64,000 nucleotides of DNA from Antedon mediterranea (taxonomy: Eukaryota > Animalia > Echinodermata). Shown one piece after another: positions 52,028-64,000 of the stretch. The number at the start of each line of letters is the position of its first letter. Positions within the stretch are counted from its first letter, which is position 1. The stretch is taken from assembly GCF_964355755.1 (NCBI RefSeq), contig NC_092676.1, forward strand, positions 5,991,888 to 6,055,887, in the 5' to 3' direction. The notes under the pieces were generated by a model. It did not search any database, was not told where the DNA came from, and was given only the letters and a program-made list of their open reading frames with translations. Made by a program: the position numbers and the translations under genes.

Positions 52028-55000
52028 ATGAAAACTGTTCTAAAGTTAACGAGTGAAAAGGAATTATTCAAAAGTCCAAGGCCGACTCCAAAATTTCTTT
52101 CGCAACGGGCCGTGTTTTCTCACAAGAAGGTAGGCAGGAAGCGTTTTTATACGGCGGGTTGTTAGACAAACTGCAAAGCTACGACGCACGAGCTTAGGGC
52201 TAGCCTAGATGACCTTGGTTACTTTAGTACTGTAATTTTGTTGTGTAATATTATACGTAAATAAGTAAGTATGTATAGGCTAGGCCTAGCTAGGCCTTAC
52301 CTACCTAACTAGTAGGCCTAGCCTAGGCTATATGTGTGTGGACTACTAGGCCTAGCCTAGGCCTAGTAGGCCTATGTGTGGTAAGTAGTAAAATTAAATT
52401 AGGCCTAAACTAAGCCCTAGCTAGTTAGGCCTACTAGATAGAGCCTAGAGGCTAGGCCTAGATAGAGCCTAGGCTAGGCCTTAATATTTTATTTAATATT
52501 AATATCATTTGTTTAGAACTATAATTAGGCCCTAGCTAGCTAGGGCCTAGGTAGACCTCTATTCTAACTAAAATAAAAGAGGATAAATTGTTTAGGCTAT
52601 TCCTATAAATAGTAGGGGCCTACCTGGTGTTGGATATTTGAATATTAATTACAGTAACATTAACTGTACAATTTGTTTTCAACAGGATACAGGAAGGACA
52701 ACCCGTGATGTACCCCCACCACGACCACCTCTCAAAAGTGTACCCCCTGTAAGCAGACTATTCCCAAGCAAAGCCAAGGATGAGTGTTTGCGAGCTCACA
52801 GTGTTTCTTTCATTGATGTCAATATCTGTATCTTTCGTTAATTAATTTTTTTTTTCTTAATTTGTGACTAGTAATATGTATGATTTACAAAGCACACTAT
52901 CAAACTTTATGTGACAAAAAAAAATGTGATGTGCCCATATATGGGCATAATGATGTCATATCCCTACCATATTTAAGCGTATCACTACCATATTTAAGCG
53001 TATCACTACCATATTTAGGCACATCACACATTTTTTGTCGAACTAGTTTGATAGTGTAGATTGAAATTTTGCAGCACAATTTTATATTTCAGCTATTCAA
53101 TCATTACTGACTTTGGGGTTGGGTCAACCGGCTCAGCTACAGTGATTAAGTTCACTTAGGTTGACCCTGGTCTCCCCAATTTCATTTTTTGTTTGTTTTG
53201 TATATACTTAAATAGACCAAATAAATAATGAAATGAAATGAAATTATTTTTATATGTTACATTACATTCTTAACTAATGCTACAGCCACAGTTCTTCAAA
53301 GTCCTCATTATGACGCCACGTCTAAAGGACTTTTCTTTGATCAGTGTTTTGAAATTCAGCGCAAACTTGGTGAGGGGTCGTTTGGCGAGGTAATGTATTT
53401 AATTTATAATATTATAATTTTTATATTATTAGACTCAACTGAAACACAATCATAGCCACAGAGGTATTGTACAAAAGTAGAGAGTCAACTTGCACACAAT
53501 AACAGACATTGAACTGTGAATGAGTTGACTTTCTAGTTGTGTTTTGTCTAAATGGTTTGTCGTCAGATGGAAAAGGGTTTTTAAAATTGTCTTTAAATAA
53601 CACTTCAATTTTAATTCAGGTTTTTCAAGTTAAAAGTAAAGAAGATGGGAAGATGTATGCGGTGAAACGATCAAGGGAGCGTTTTCGTGGAGAAGTTGAT
53701 AAGTATGTTATCATTGATATCTATAAAACTAAATTATTTGATGTAAGAACTTAAACTTGAGAATCAAAGATGTTTAACTCAAATATTAAGTAGTGGTTGC
53801 TGTTGTTTAGAAAGTAAATTACTGTATGTTTAGCAAAAATAAAAAATGTTTACCTCAAACATTAAGATTTTCTCAAACTGAATTTTTAGTGTTTACTGCA
53901 TTCATTTGTTTAAAAAGTAAGTTATGTTTAGGAAAAAGGAAATAAGTCTAAATGGATGTACAATAATTTTGTTTTACTTTAATTTTATTTTAAGACGAAA
54001 AAAGTTAGCAGAAGTGCAGAAGTTGGAGGTATTAGCTAAGCATCCAAATTGTGTACATTTTCACAAGGCTTGGGCAGAGAAAGGACATCTCTACATACAG
54101 ACAGAGATATGTCAAACAAGGTATTGTTTTAAAGCAAATGTTTCTCAACATTGTCGATTCTACTTGCCCCAAAACAAATTTTTTATCCCAGGTACAGTTC
54201 TACTAGTCCAAATAAAAATGTTCTATCCCATGTAGAATTCTGCTAGCTCAAATACAAATTTGCTAGCCCATGTACAATTCTGCTAGTTCAAATACAATTT
54301 GCTAGTCCATGCACAATTCTACTAGCCCAAATACACATTTGCTAGCCCATGTACAACTACTAGTCCAAATACAAAGTGGCCCTTGTACAATTCCTGCTAG
54401 TCCAAATAAAATTCTGCTAGTCCAAATACATATTAGTTTGCCCCTGTACAATTCTGCTAGCCCAAATACAAATTAACTGGTCCCTGTACAATTCTGCTTG
54501 TCCAAATACAAATTTGCTAGTCCAAATACATATTAGCTGGCCCCTGTACAATTCTGCTAGCCCAAATACAAATTAGCTGGTCCCTGTACAATTCTGCTTG
54601 TCCATATACAAATTTGCTAGTCCAAATACATTTTAGCTGGCCCCTGTACAATTCTGCTAGCCCAAATACATATTAGCTGGCCCCTGTACAATTCTGCTAG
54701 CCCAAATACAAATTAGCTGGTCCCTGTACAATTCTGCTAGTCCAAATACAAATTTGCTAGCCCATGCACAATTCTGATAGTCCAAATACAAATTGTTGTA
54801 GTGCGAACGAACCTAGGCTGCATAGAAAAGAGCAAAATACTGACTTGACTATTATTATTTAATTGTTTATAAATAATTACTTCATAGTTTACAGCATTAT
54901 ACAGACAAAAACCATGAAATTACAGAAGCAAAGGTTTGGGACATACTCGTAGATTTATTAAAGGTAATATTCATCTTTTATCATTTTGGATTTTATAAAC

Positions 55001-58000
55001 ATCTGATTGCTTTTTTAACACTCACTATTTATACCACAATCACAAGAGACAGTTTATTTTAAATGTACAGTGAAACCCCTCTTTTAGCCCACCCTTATTC
55101 AGGGGACACCACCCCTATTCTAAGGGGAACTTTTTGTAGGTCTTGAAGGTGTTCCCTTAATATGGGCTCTATTGTAATTATAGGGAAAGCGTTTTATTTT
55201 GCTTTCAAATGTCAAAAATTGCATTCCGTTTAAAGTTTGATTACATTGGGTATTCTTGAATCCTATAGGAGGAGTTATATTGGAGTTAACAGAGAGGAAA
55301 ACAATTATTGATAAATATGGTAGTGATATGCCCAAATATAGTAGAGATATGTCATCATATATGGGAACATCACATTTTGTTGTGACATAAAGTGTAGACA
55401 GAGCTTAATTCTGTATTATTCACGCTTAAATTGTGTGTGTGAACAGAGCTATAGACACCTAATTGTTTGCATTATTTCTATTCACACAGGGAGTAAAGAA
55501 TCTACATGATCACAACCTTCTCCATATGGACATAAAACCAGATAATATTTTTTTGTCGTATGATGGCATTTGTAAATTAGGTGATTTCGGTCTTGCATTA
55601 GACTTTGATCAGGTTAGTTAACTATAAATTGGTTTTTTTTTCGAACTCCATAACTCGGTATAAAAGAACGCCAGGCTAGTGACCTGGAGGTCGTGGGTTC
55701 GAGTCCCACCCGAGAACTACTTGTGAATTTTTTCGCAAGTATTCTCAAATGTACTTAATAGTATAAATTACAAATTACGTCAGAGTAGGGCAAAACATCT
55801 AATTACTGAACTCCCTGACGAAAAAACTACAATTACAATCCTGTTGGTGCAGTACCCGCTGCTTACTTGGGCTCGAATCTAACCACTAGCCATCAGCGCA
55901 AGCTCGGTGGTCTAGAGGTATGAATGCCAGGCTAGTGATCTGGAGGTCGTGGGTTCGAGTCCCACCCGAGAACTACTTGCGAATTTTTTCGCAAGTATTC
56001 TCAAATGTACTTGATATAAAGTACAAATTACGTCAGAGTAGGGCAAAACATCTAATTAGCAAAACATCTAGATAAGATTAGTATAATGATAAACTGTATC
56101 CCATTGTATATATATATATATATTCTTTTTTGTTTTTTTTTTTTTCATTATCGTGTTTCTTTATGCTTTTTTGATATTAATATTAAGAGAACAAACAAAC
56201 ACAAATATTTTTATATATTTGACAAAAAATGCTGTGCAAGCAGCGCATTCATTAAGTCTACTACTAATAACATGTTTCTACCAAAATGGTTTTACTTCAC
56301 GTTTAGCTTTTTGTAAAAATGTTGAGCCTGGTGACATTTATGGTGTTATTATAGCCTCTATCTTTAAGAATCTTTGAAAATATTGTCCCGTTTAACTAAC
56401 TTTATTTGTTGCAGAGTGACCTGTCTGAAGCCCAGGAAGGTGATCCGAAATACTTGGCACCTGAGCTATTGCAGGGCAAGTTTGGCAAAGAAGCTGATAT
56501 TTTTAGGTGCAGTAATATTAATAACCTGTTTACTTTACAAATGGTATCTTAAGTCACATGTTATGTAATTTAACCTCTAACCTTAATTAAACACAAGTTT
56601 AGTGAACAGACCTAGCCACCAACATATTCAATCATCGAAAGTCATTTTAAGAAATTTGAAAATCCAGTAATAAATAGATTAAATTGAACGCAATACTTAG
56701 ATTTTTCCACACCACATTAGGGAGGTTTTGCAACCTTACGAATACGATAACGAAAACGGATACGTCATACATTTGTGAAACTTTTGAGCTGATCCCCATT
56801 TCTTATTCGTAAAGCGTATTCGTGTTGACGAATATCACCAGTCATATTCGTAACTACAAAACGAGTATAGTTTTTGATCTATTTTGCACATTTTGCATTT
56901 GAATTAGGAATGATTCATGATTATAATATAATTATAGATTTATTGAAAGTAATTTACTAAAGTAATTTACTAAAATGCCAAGTCAATTTAGATAAATAGC
57001 AGTTTTTTTAAGTCCTCACTCGCTTTGATGTTACGCTAGGCCTAGGCAGCCAAGCACCAAGCAACACGTACCTGCGCTTCGCTCAAATTTACCGCAGTCA
57101 TATTTTGGACGCGCCTCAATATTTCGTTGCCATGCGAAACAGATTTTTTACAGACTTACGAAAACGTATCCGTTTTCGTTATCGTATTCGTAAGATTGCG
57201 AAACCTCTCTATTGTCTGGTACAGTTTGTCCATAACTGGTGCAGATTTAGTACTACATAGTCTTGCTTCAGTGTCTTATATTAAGCTTTGTGTACACTAT
57301 CAAACTTTATGAGACTTTTGATTTGATTTGATTTATTTCCCCATCAGTACATAAAAAATCACAGACATACAATTAAAAATAGCAAATATAAAAAAACCAT
57401 GAATAAAACAAGAAAGGATGCCAAGGATAACTCATAAAAGTCCTCTATGGACTTGTTTCCAATGAGGTCCTTTGAAAGAACATCAAAAAGACATACAATG
57501 AAACATATAAAAATTACTAAAAAAACTAACAATAGGACTATCAAAAATAGAAGAAGCGCTTATTAAATAGTTTCTAATGCTAGTGTACGTTCCTGTAGAA
57601 AACAAAAATAATGATGTCATACCACTACCATGGGCACATCACAATTTTTTTGTCAAACTAGTTTGATAGTGTAGACAGAGCTTTAGAACAACCAAATGGA
57701 CTAGCCAAGTTCTAGATATTTTCTATCAGATATAAACAATTTTGATGAACAAAAGACTGTGGTATTGTATGGTGAACTTCATATCATATGCATCCATTTG
57801 ATGATGATAATGATATCCAATTTATTGTTTAATATCATTACTTTCCAGTCTTGGGATCTCAATGTTGGAACTGTCATGTGACCTGGACCTTCCTAAGAAT
57901 GGTGAGCTTTGGCATGAACTGCGCAGCGGCAGAATACCGTCGGAAATAACGAAGGAGCTGTCTTCAGATTTAACTGAAATTATAAGCAAAATGATGAACC

Positions 58001-61000
58001 CTAATCCTAGAAAACGACCAAGTGTGTACGAGCTGCTGCAGAACCCTGCAGTTGAGAGAGCGGCTTGTTGGAGACGTTGGAAGCTTTTTGTGGCAAACTG
58101 TGTATGTATACTTTGTAGTGGAGCTGTAGCTTGGTGGTTAACATGCTTGCCTTCCAATCCCTAGGTTCAATCCTGACCTAGTGCCAGGGTTGTAACTCAT
58201 GACTCTTTCAACTCCACTCCTTAAGCCTGAAATGAGACTTTAATTGGGGATTTTGTTTTAAAAAAAATCAGTAATGCATATTATGGGCTGCCTTTTGAGG
58301 TTAGCAGTGGTGTGCGAATTCAAGATTTTTAAACAGGGATTTTTATGAACTTAATGAACCCCAATGGAATTAAGCTTTTTTAACTATCCTGGAAAATCTT
58401 TTATAAACCTATTTATCTGTAATGTAGTTATTAATTTCATTTTTATAATAATTTTCCAAATAAATTCAAATCAATTCAACATAAAGTTATATCTTTTTCG
58501 TTGTATTTACCATTTGCTTTGAATTATTTGAACTATTAATTGGTGTTTATGTAATTATTTTTATTTACTTATTTATTTGATTAAATATTTGTTTTTCCTC
58601 TTTGGACCAACAAACAAAACACCTTGTATGATAAAAAGGTGCATTACTACTACTAACTCAAATCGCTGCATTTTAACCCTTTTTTTTTTCTTTAGGTTTC
58701 GAAGGTCCAGTTTATATTTTCCATGTTTTATTCTTTATTATTATTTATCTGGTTTCTAACATTTGGAAAATTTGTTCATAAAACGAATCCCAACACACCA
58801 GGAAAACAAGAAGAAATAAAACAGTACACCAAAAACTGGGACCTAAGTTTTAGTGATGGTAAGTGAAAGCAAATATACTTTCTTACTTTCTTTCTTTATT
58901 CATCCCAAAAATTCAAAACAAATACATAAATATAACATTGTAATATTATAAAACATTAACAAAAATTGGATAAAAAGGAAGAAGAGAAAAGGCAACTTCA
59001 TGCCTATCTAGCTCTACTCCCTGTATAACTATAACATTTCAATTTCAAAATATGTGCCAATACTCTCATTTTTGCCTAGAGTCTGTATTTTTATGTGTCT
59101 TTAGGCCTAACATTGTGCTGCCAGTTTATCACATTTTATTCTGGGTTACAAGAAAAATTGAATTTTAAAGTATATACTATGTATATGTGTTGGTTTCTGC
59201 TCTAAAATACTGTGCATTACAACATAACTGAAACACAAGCAGACTTTATTTATTAAAGCTATTGTACAAGCATCTCTGGTCATAATTTATTAATTTTTGT
59301 TGGATTAGATGTGCCATTCCCCCTCGCTTGTTCCTGTGTTCTTCTGGTGTCCTAAAGAGAGAGTCACATGGCCAAGCGGTTAAGGCAGGGGTACCTTTTA
59401 ATGTAACTAAAGAGCCAACAATATCGGCAAGGGTTTAAGACCGACTAGCTCCTAGTTCTGGTGGTGGAACAAGAAGTCTTGGATAAGGACTATAAACCGT
59501 AGATCCAGTGTACACATTTAGCTTATGTGCACTTAAAGAACCCAGTTCATCATTTGAGACGAATAGGGAGTTAACCTGGTGAACTGGTTCACAAAATAGC
59601 CCCTGTGTCAGGAGGATTACCACATGTCATATCTGATAGGACAGTGATTAATTTACTAATAGTAATCCTTGGCCACATGTGGCTAAAGACATAAATAAAA
59701 AATATGATAAAAACTGTTTTCTTTACTCTGCCATATTTTTTACATATTTTCAGATGACTGTTTTGATACCAGCAGTTCGCTGGGGAAGTTATTGAACGAT
59801 AGTTCATTTTCAAGTGACGAAGACATCTCAAGATTCAGTCTCACCAATATATCGTCTTCAAGGTAAGGACAGTGTAACATACCTTTGGGACCCAACAAAA
59901 TGTCTCTTTAATGGTTGGCCATAGTATTTAAACATTTATTTCACAGCTGTTCCGGCACGGTTCCGTTCCGGCGCTGGAAAATCAAATCAAACAGCAATGT
60001 TTCCCTTCCACGATGGTCCATGCGACTATGCACCAATCATTCATTCATTCATTCAGGCTTATCGCCTGACTTTATTTACTTCAGGCCTCTGGCCCCTAGT
60101 AATTAATAAAATAATAATTAAATTGAAAAATAAAGCAATTTATGGTCACAAGATAAATGAATTAATTAATTTCGTTCTCTAAGCAAAACATATATCTTAA
60201 GTTATAAGCATGATAAATATATTTAGATAGATCATCAGTATGTGCATAGCCGCGTGAAACAAAACATTGATGTTTGATGTGATTTGCTGGCTCCGGACCG
60301 AAACTTTTCTAGAACAGGTGTGAAAGACCCTTAAGTGTTTCTCAACGTATGGATTCTATCTCTAGTTAGAGTTTGCATTTGTTTATTAGTAGTTATTTAT
60401 GTATTTATTTATTCTGGTTATTTAAAAAAGACATTAGAGAGGTTTCGCAATCTTACGAATACGATAACGAAAACGGATACATCACGCACACGTATTCGTT
60501 TTCGTAAGCCATAAAAAAAATCTGTTTCGCATGGCAACGAAATATCGAGGCGCGTCCAAAATATGACTGAGGTAAATTTGATCGAAGCGCAGGTACGTGT
60601 TGCTTGGTGCTTGGCTGCCTAGGCCTAGCGTAACATCAAAGCGAGTGAGGACTTTAAAAACTGCTATTTATCGAAATTGACCTGGCATTTTAGTAAATTA
60701 CTTTAGTAAATTACTTTCAATAAATCTATAATTATATTATAATCATGAATCATTCCTAATTCAAATGCAAAATGTGCAAAATAGATCAAAAACTATACTC
60801 GTTTTGTAGTTACGAATATGACTGGTGATATTCGTCAACACGAATACGCTTTACGAATATGAAATGGGGATCAGCTCAAAAGTTTCACAAATGTATGACG
60901 TATCCGTTTTCGTTATCATATTCGTAAGGTTGCGAAACCTCCCTATAGCAGTACAAAACTGAATTGCGTCCAATTACATCAATAGAAAAATACATACACT

Positions 61001-62849
61001 ACAACCATGAAAATAGAAATTTTTTTTTTACAAAAACATCAAATCATTTAGTAGAAATATTGATTAAAATTGTATTGAATAAATTGTTCTTTTTCAGGTT
61101 TGCATCTTTATATTCGCGGACTCCTATTAAAGCTAGAACACCCAGATCAGCAAGTGTGACACCAAATCCAAGGAACTCCTCACCGAAATGTAACTTGTTT
61201 GGGCCTAATGGAAGGTAACTGAAAGCCTACACTATCAAACTAATTTGACAAGAAAAGTGATAGTGATATGCCCAAATATGGTAGTGATATAACATCATCA
61301 TGTCCATATAAGGACATATCACATTTTTTTTTGTCACATAAAGTTTGATAGTGTAGACTAGACAAAACTTAAGCCTTGCTCCTATTGGCCAAAATTACAA
61401 ACATTGCATATCACATGATTTGCTGCCTCTTTGAAATTGTCGATCTTGACATCTTTCTCATCTTTTATTTCCAAGAAAAAACTTGAATATGAGTGGTGTG
61501 TTGCGTGCATGATACATACTTTACATTTTCTTTCCTAATCAAATTAATGAATAAGTATACATTAATGTGGCTGTTTACAAATGTATGTCATACAATTTTA
61601 TAGAATATTGACATCATCCGTTGAAGTTAAACTTTGTACGTGTTTATCCAAATACTTTCTACAATTGGACAAGATTACAAATAGATTAGTAAATTAATAA
61701 TTCAAAGTTATAGGCATTGTTAGTAATATGTTGGTTGTATGTTCTTTAAGGTTCACACCGAATGAGAGCCCAGAAATGGACAATCACTCCGCACCGAGTA
61801 TTAATGGAAATATACCAGAGGAAACACACACAAAAGCTAAGGTGGAACCTATGAATTTAATGGATGTAAGCTTATGTTTTATTTCACTCATAGTTTTATA
61901 GTTTCTAGGTTTATGCCAGACGAAACATCAATTGACGAGACCTAGCTTGTTCATAGGTTGTCTATAGTTGGATATCAAAACTCCCTATTTACCTCTGATA
62001 GGGGTATGTATAGCTCTGTCTACACTCTGTCAACCTTTAAGTGACGTGCTCATATATGGACATGATGATGTCATATTATCACTAACATATTTTGACATAT
62101 CACAGATGCAGAAAACACTTTTCCTTTGTCCTAAACCTAACACTATATTTGTTGAATTCTTCTTGAGCAAGTTTGTATTCAGCTCTATCTACACTATCAA
62201 ACTTTATGTGACAAATAAATGTTATGTGTCCATGGATATGATATGATGTCATATCACTACCATATTTAAACATCACTACCATATTTGGGCACATCACACT
62301 TTGTCAAACTACAGTAGTTTGATAGTGTAGGCATGAGTTTGAGACTTTATTTACATTTGCATTCATTGCCTCATCTGGTCCCGGTCCGGCGAATCAAACA
62401 ACAATGTTTTTCGTTTTTGATGACGCTCAACACGGCTATGCGCCAATCGATATGCGAGTAGCCGCGTGAAACATTGACGGTTGATTGGATTTTCCAGCGC
62501 CAGACTGGAACCGTGCCGGAACAGGTGTGAAAGACCCTTTAGAAGAGATGTTAAGCCGTCAATCTGGTGTTTGTAGAGGATATAAAGCTCTGTCTACACT
62601 AAAAACTTGCTCAAGAAGAATTCAACAAATAGAGTGTTAGGTTTAGGACAAAGGAAAAGTGTTTTCTGCATTAGGAATTAATACTATTGTGAGGGTGAAT
62701 TTTGCAATAAAAGAAGTTGCCCTATGAGTTGATAAAGGCAGTATTATAGTATTATTTATATTGTTGGAATACGTTTTGTTTATTATTATATAAAAAGTAA
62801 TAATTTTTGTTCTTTTACTTTTCAGGTTTTTGAAGAAGTTGGAGATTAA
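52028..62849 (+). CDS. PKMYT1: Membrane-associated Tyr/Thr Cdk1-inhibitory kinase Myt1, about 542 aa, 14 exons
   Basis: Exons 52028-52129, 52686-52827, 53286-53389, 53620-53702, 53995-54120, 54888-54963, 55490-55612, 56415-56506, 57849-58101, 58696-58858, 59754-59862, 61098-61214, 61751-61865 and 62826-62849. Motifs [73 protein letters not shown], and a hydrophobic membrane segment after the kinase domain. Confidence 0.95.
54230..54795. repeat. Minisatellite with about 20/41 bp units
   Basis: CCAAATACA(A/T)ATTAGCTGG(T/C)CCCTGTACAATTCTGCTAG repeats. Confidence 0.9.
55901..55973 (+). pseudogene. tRNA-like sequence (Thr-AGT-like anticodon loop), pseudo-tRNA or SINE head, tandemly duplicated
   Basis: A box TGGTCTAGAGG, arm CCAGG-CTAGTGA-TCTGG, T arm GTGGG-TTCGAGT-CCCAC, partial acceptor CTCGG/CCGAG; the D stem pairs poorly; second, 5'-damaged copy 256 bp upstream (about 55652-55715). 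Confidence 0.6.
56719..57210. mobile_element. About 500 bp MITE, family of 25228-25737
   Basis: ATT|AGGGAGGTTTTGCAACCTTACG ... GCGAAACCTCTCT|ATT. Confidence 0.85.
59366..59625 (+). mobile_element. tRNA-headed SINE with Deu/Nin-like core
   Basis: ATGGCCAAGCGGTTAAGGC head; GGATAAGGACTATAAACCGTAGATCC..GCACTTAAAGAACCCAG core. Confidence 0.65.
60436..60944. mobile_element. About 500 bp MITE, inverted relative to 56719-57210
   Basis: Same TIRs; the internal sequence is the reverse complement (GGGGATCAGCTCAAAAGTTTC near the right end). Confidence 0.85.
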
Positions 62850-63479
62850 ATAGAAGATGTACCTTATGATTTATATTTTTTACTGCACATAATTATTTTA
62901 TTTGTGTTTAACACATGTGTTTATAGTTATTTTGCCATGATTATGTTTCTTAAAATCATTTTTGATTGGTACTATAGAAAAGATATATTTTATTAAACAC
63001 ACTCTACTCTCCTATTTTTCACTGGTCTATATAAGGATAGAAAATTATTTAAATGATATAGTTTCGAAAGATAAAAAATTATAAAGAAATCTATAATGAC
63101 TAAATGGGGTTATTGTAAACGTTTTTTTTTTAATTTGTAAGCAATTTTGATAGATCTGTTTATACAAACACACCTACTACTAACAGATATTTCACATTGT
63201 AAACATTTGTAATAAGAACAAAATTATTCAATGACTGCAAAAATAAAAATCATTCATAACATTTTTTTTTTCTTCAATATTTTGTACTTAGTTTGTCGTC
63301 CTCGTTTACCGCGATTACGTTGACCGTTGTCCTCATTACCATCGTCACTATTACCGTCTTCACCAATACCGTCCTTCATATCGCTGTCGGCTTCACAATT
63401 CCGTTGTCCGTATCGCCGTCGTATTTATTATTTTCGTTCTTATTTCCATCTTCGCTACTACAGTCATAACATTTACCGC

Positions 63480-64000
63480 CGTCGTCATCGTTACAACGTG
63501 TCCTCCATATTGTCGTCGTCTCCAATACCGCCTTTCTAATTACCGTTGTCTTTTTTAGCGTTCCATATTGTCCTCTCCCCTATTACCGTCGTCCTTAATA
63601 CCGTCTTTCTAATTACCGTTGTCTTTTTTAACGTTCCATATTGTCATCGTCCCTATTACCGTCTTTCTAATTACCGTTGTCTTTTTTAACGTTCCATATT
63701 GTCATCGTCCCTATTACCGTCTTTCTAAATACCGTCGTCTTCTTTAACGTTCCATATTGTCATCGTCCCTATTACCGTCGTCCTCAATACTGCCTTTCTA
63801 ATTACCGTCGTCTTCTTTAACGTTCCATATTGTCCTCGTCCCTATAACCGTCGTCCTCAATACCGCCTTTCTAATTACCGTTGTCGTCTTTAACATTCCA
63901 TATTGTCATCGTCCCTATTACCGTTGTCCTCAATACTGCCTTTCTAATTACTGTCGTCTTTTTTAACGTTCCATATTGTCCTCGTCCCAATTACCGTCGT
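63480..64000. repeat. Minisatellite with about 57-72 bp units, running off the window end
   Basis: TTACCGTCGTCCTCAATACCGCCTTTCTAATTACCGTTGTCTTTTTAACGTTCCATATTGTCATCGTCCCTA repeats; degenerate lead-in from about 63300. Confidence 0.9.

Noticed and set aside
52822-53283. AT-AC reading of the PKMYT1 minor intron (ATATCT...TAC)
   Set aside because: That junction shifts the frame; the GT-AG junction 52828-53285 preserves it.
55901-55973. Functional tRNA-Thr gene
   Set aside because: The acceptor stem has only 5 bp and the D stem does not pair; treated as a pseudo-tRNA.
1-64000. Autonomous transposase, reverse transcriptase or Rep/helicase gene
   Set aside because: No ORF of suitable length or motif content is present; all elements seen are non-autonomous.

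Overview
AT-rich eukaryotic genomic DNA from an invertebrate animal, probably a deuterostome such as an echinoderm (taxonomy is inference). Six intron-containing protein genes could be assembled by hand from splice sites and reading frame: an NXPE-family protein (+), SHOC2 (-), SNF/U1A-U2B'' (+), a GPI-anchored Ly6/three-finger protein (-), BET1 (-) and PKMYT1 (+). SHOC2/SNF and BET1/PKMYT1 are head-to-head pairs. Introns and intergenic DNA are dense in non-autonomous elements (Kolobok-, Harbinger/PHIS- and Tc1-type MITEs, a Helitron, a Helentron/HINE-like element, Deu/Nin-type and other tRNA-derived SINEs), a 5S pseudogene and several minisatellites. Best leads: a U1 stem-loop-II-like AUUGCAC hairpin just upstream of a poly(A) signal downstream of SNF, a candidate SNF poison exon and a GC-AG intron in the same gene (together a possible autoregulatory circuit), a U12-type intron in PKMYT1, altered docking motifs in PKMYT1 and SHOC2, and TAGGCCTA-rich zones just inside all four divergently transcribed genes. 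No prokaryotic system, CRISPR array or autonomous transposase was found. All comparisons with homologues are from recall, not database searches.
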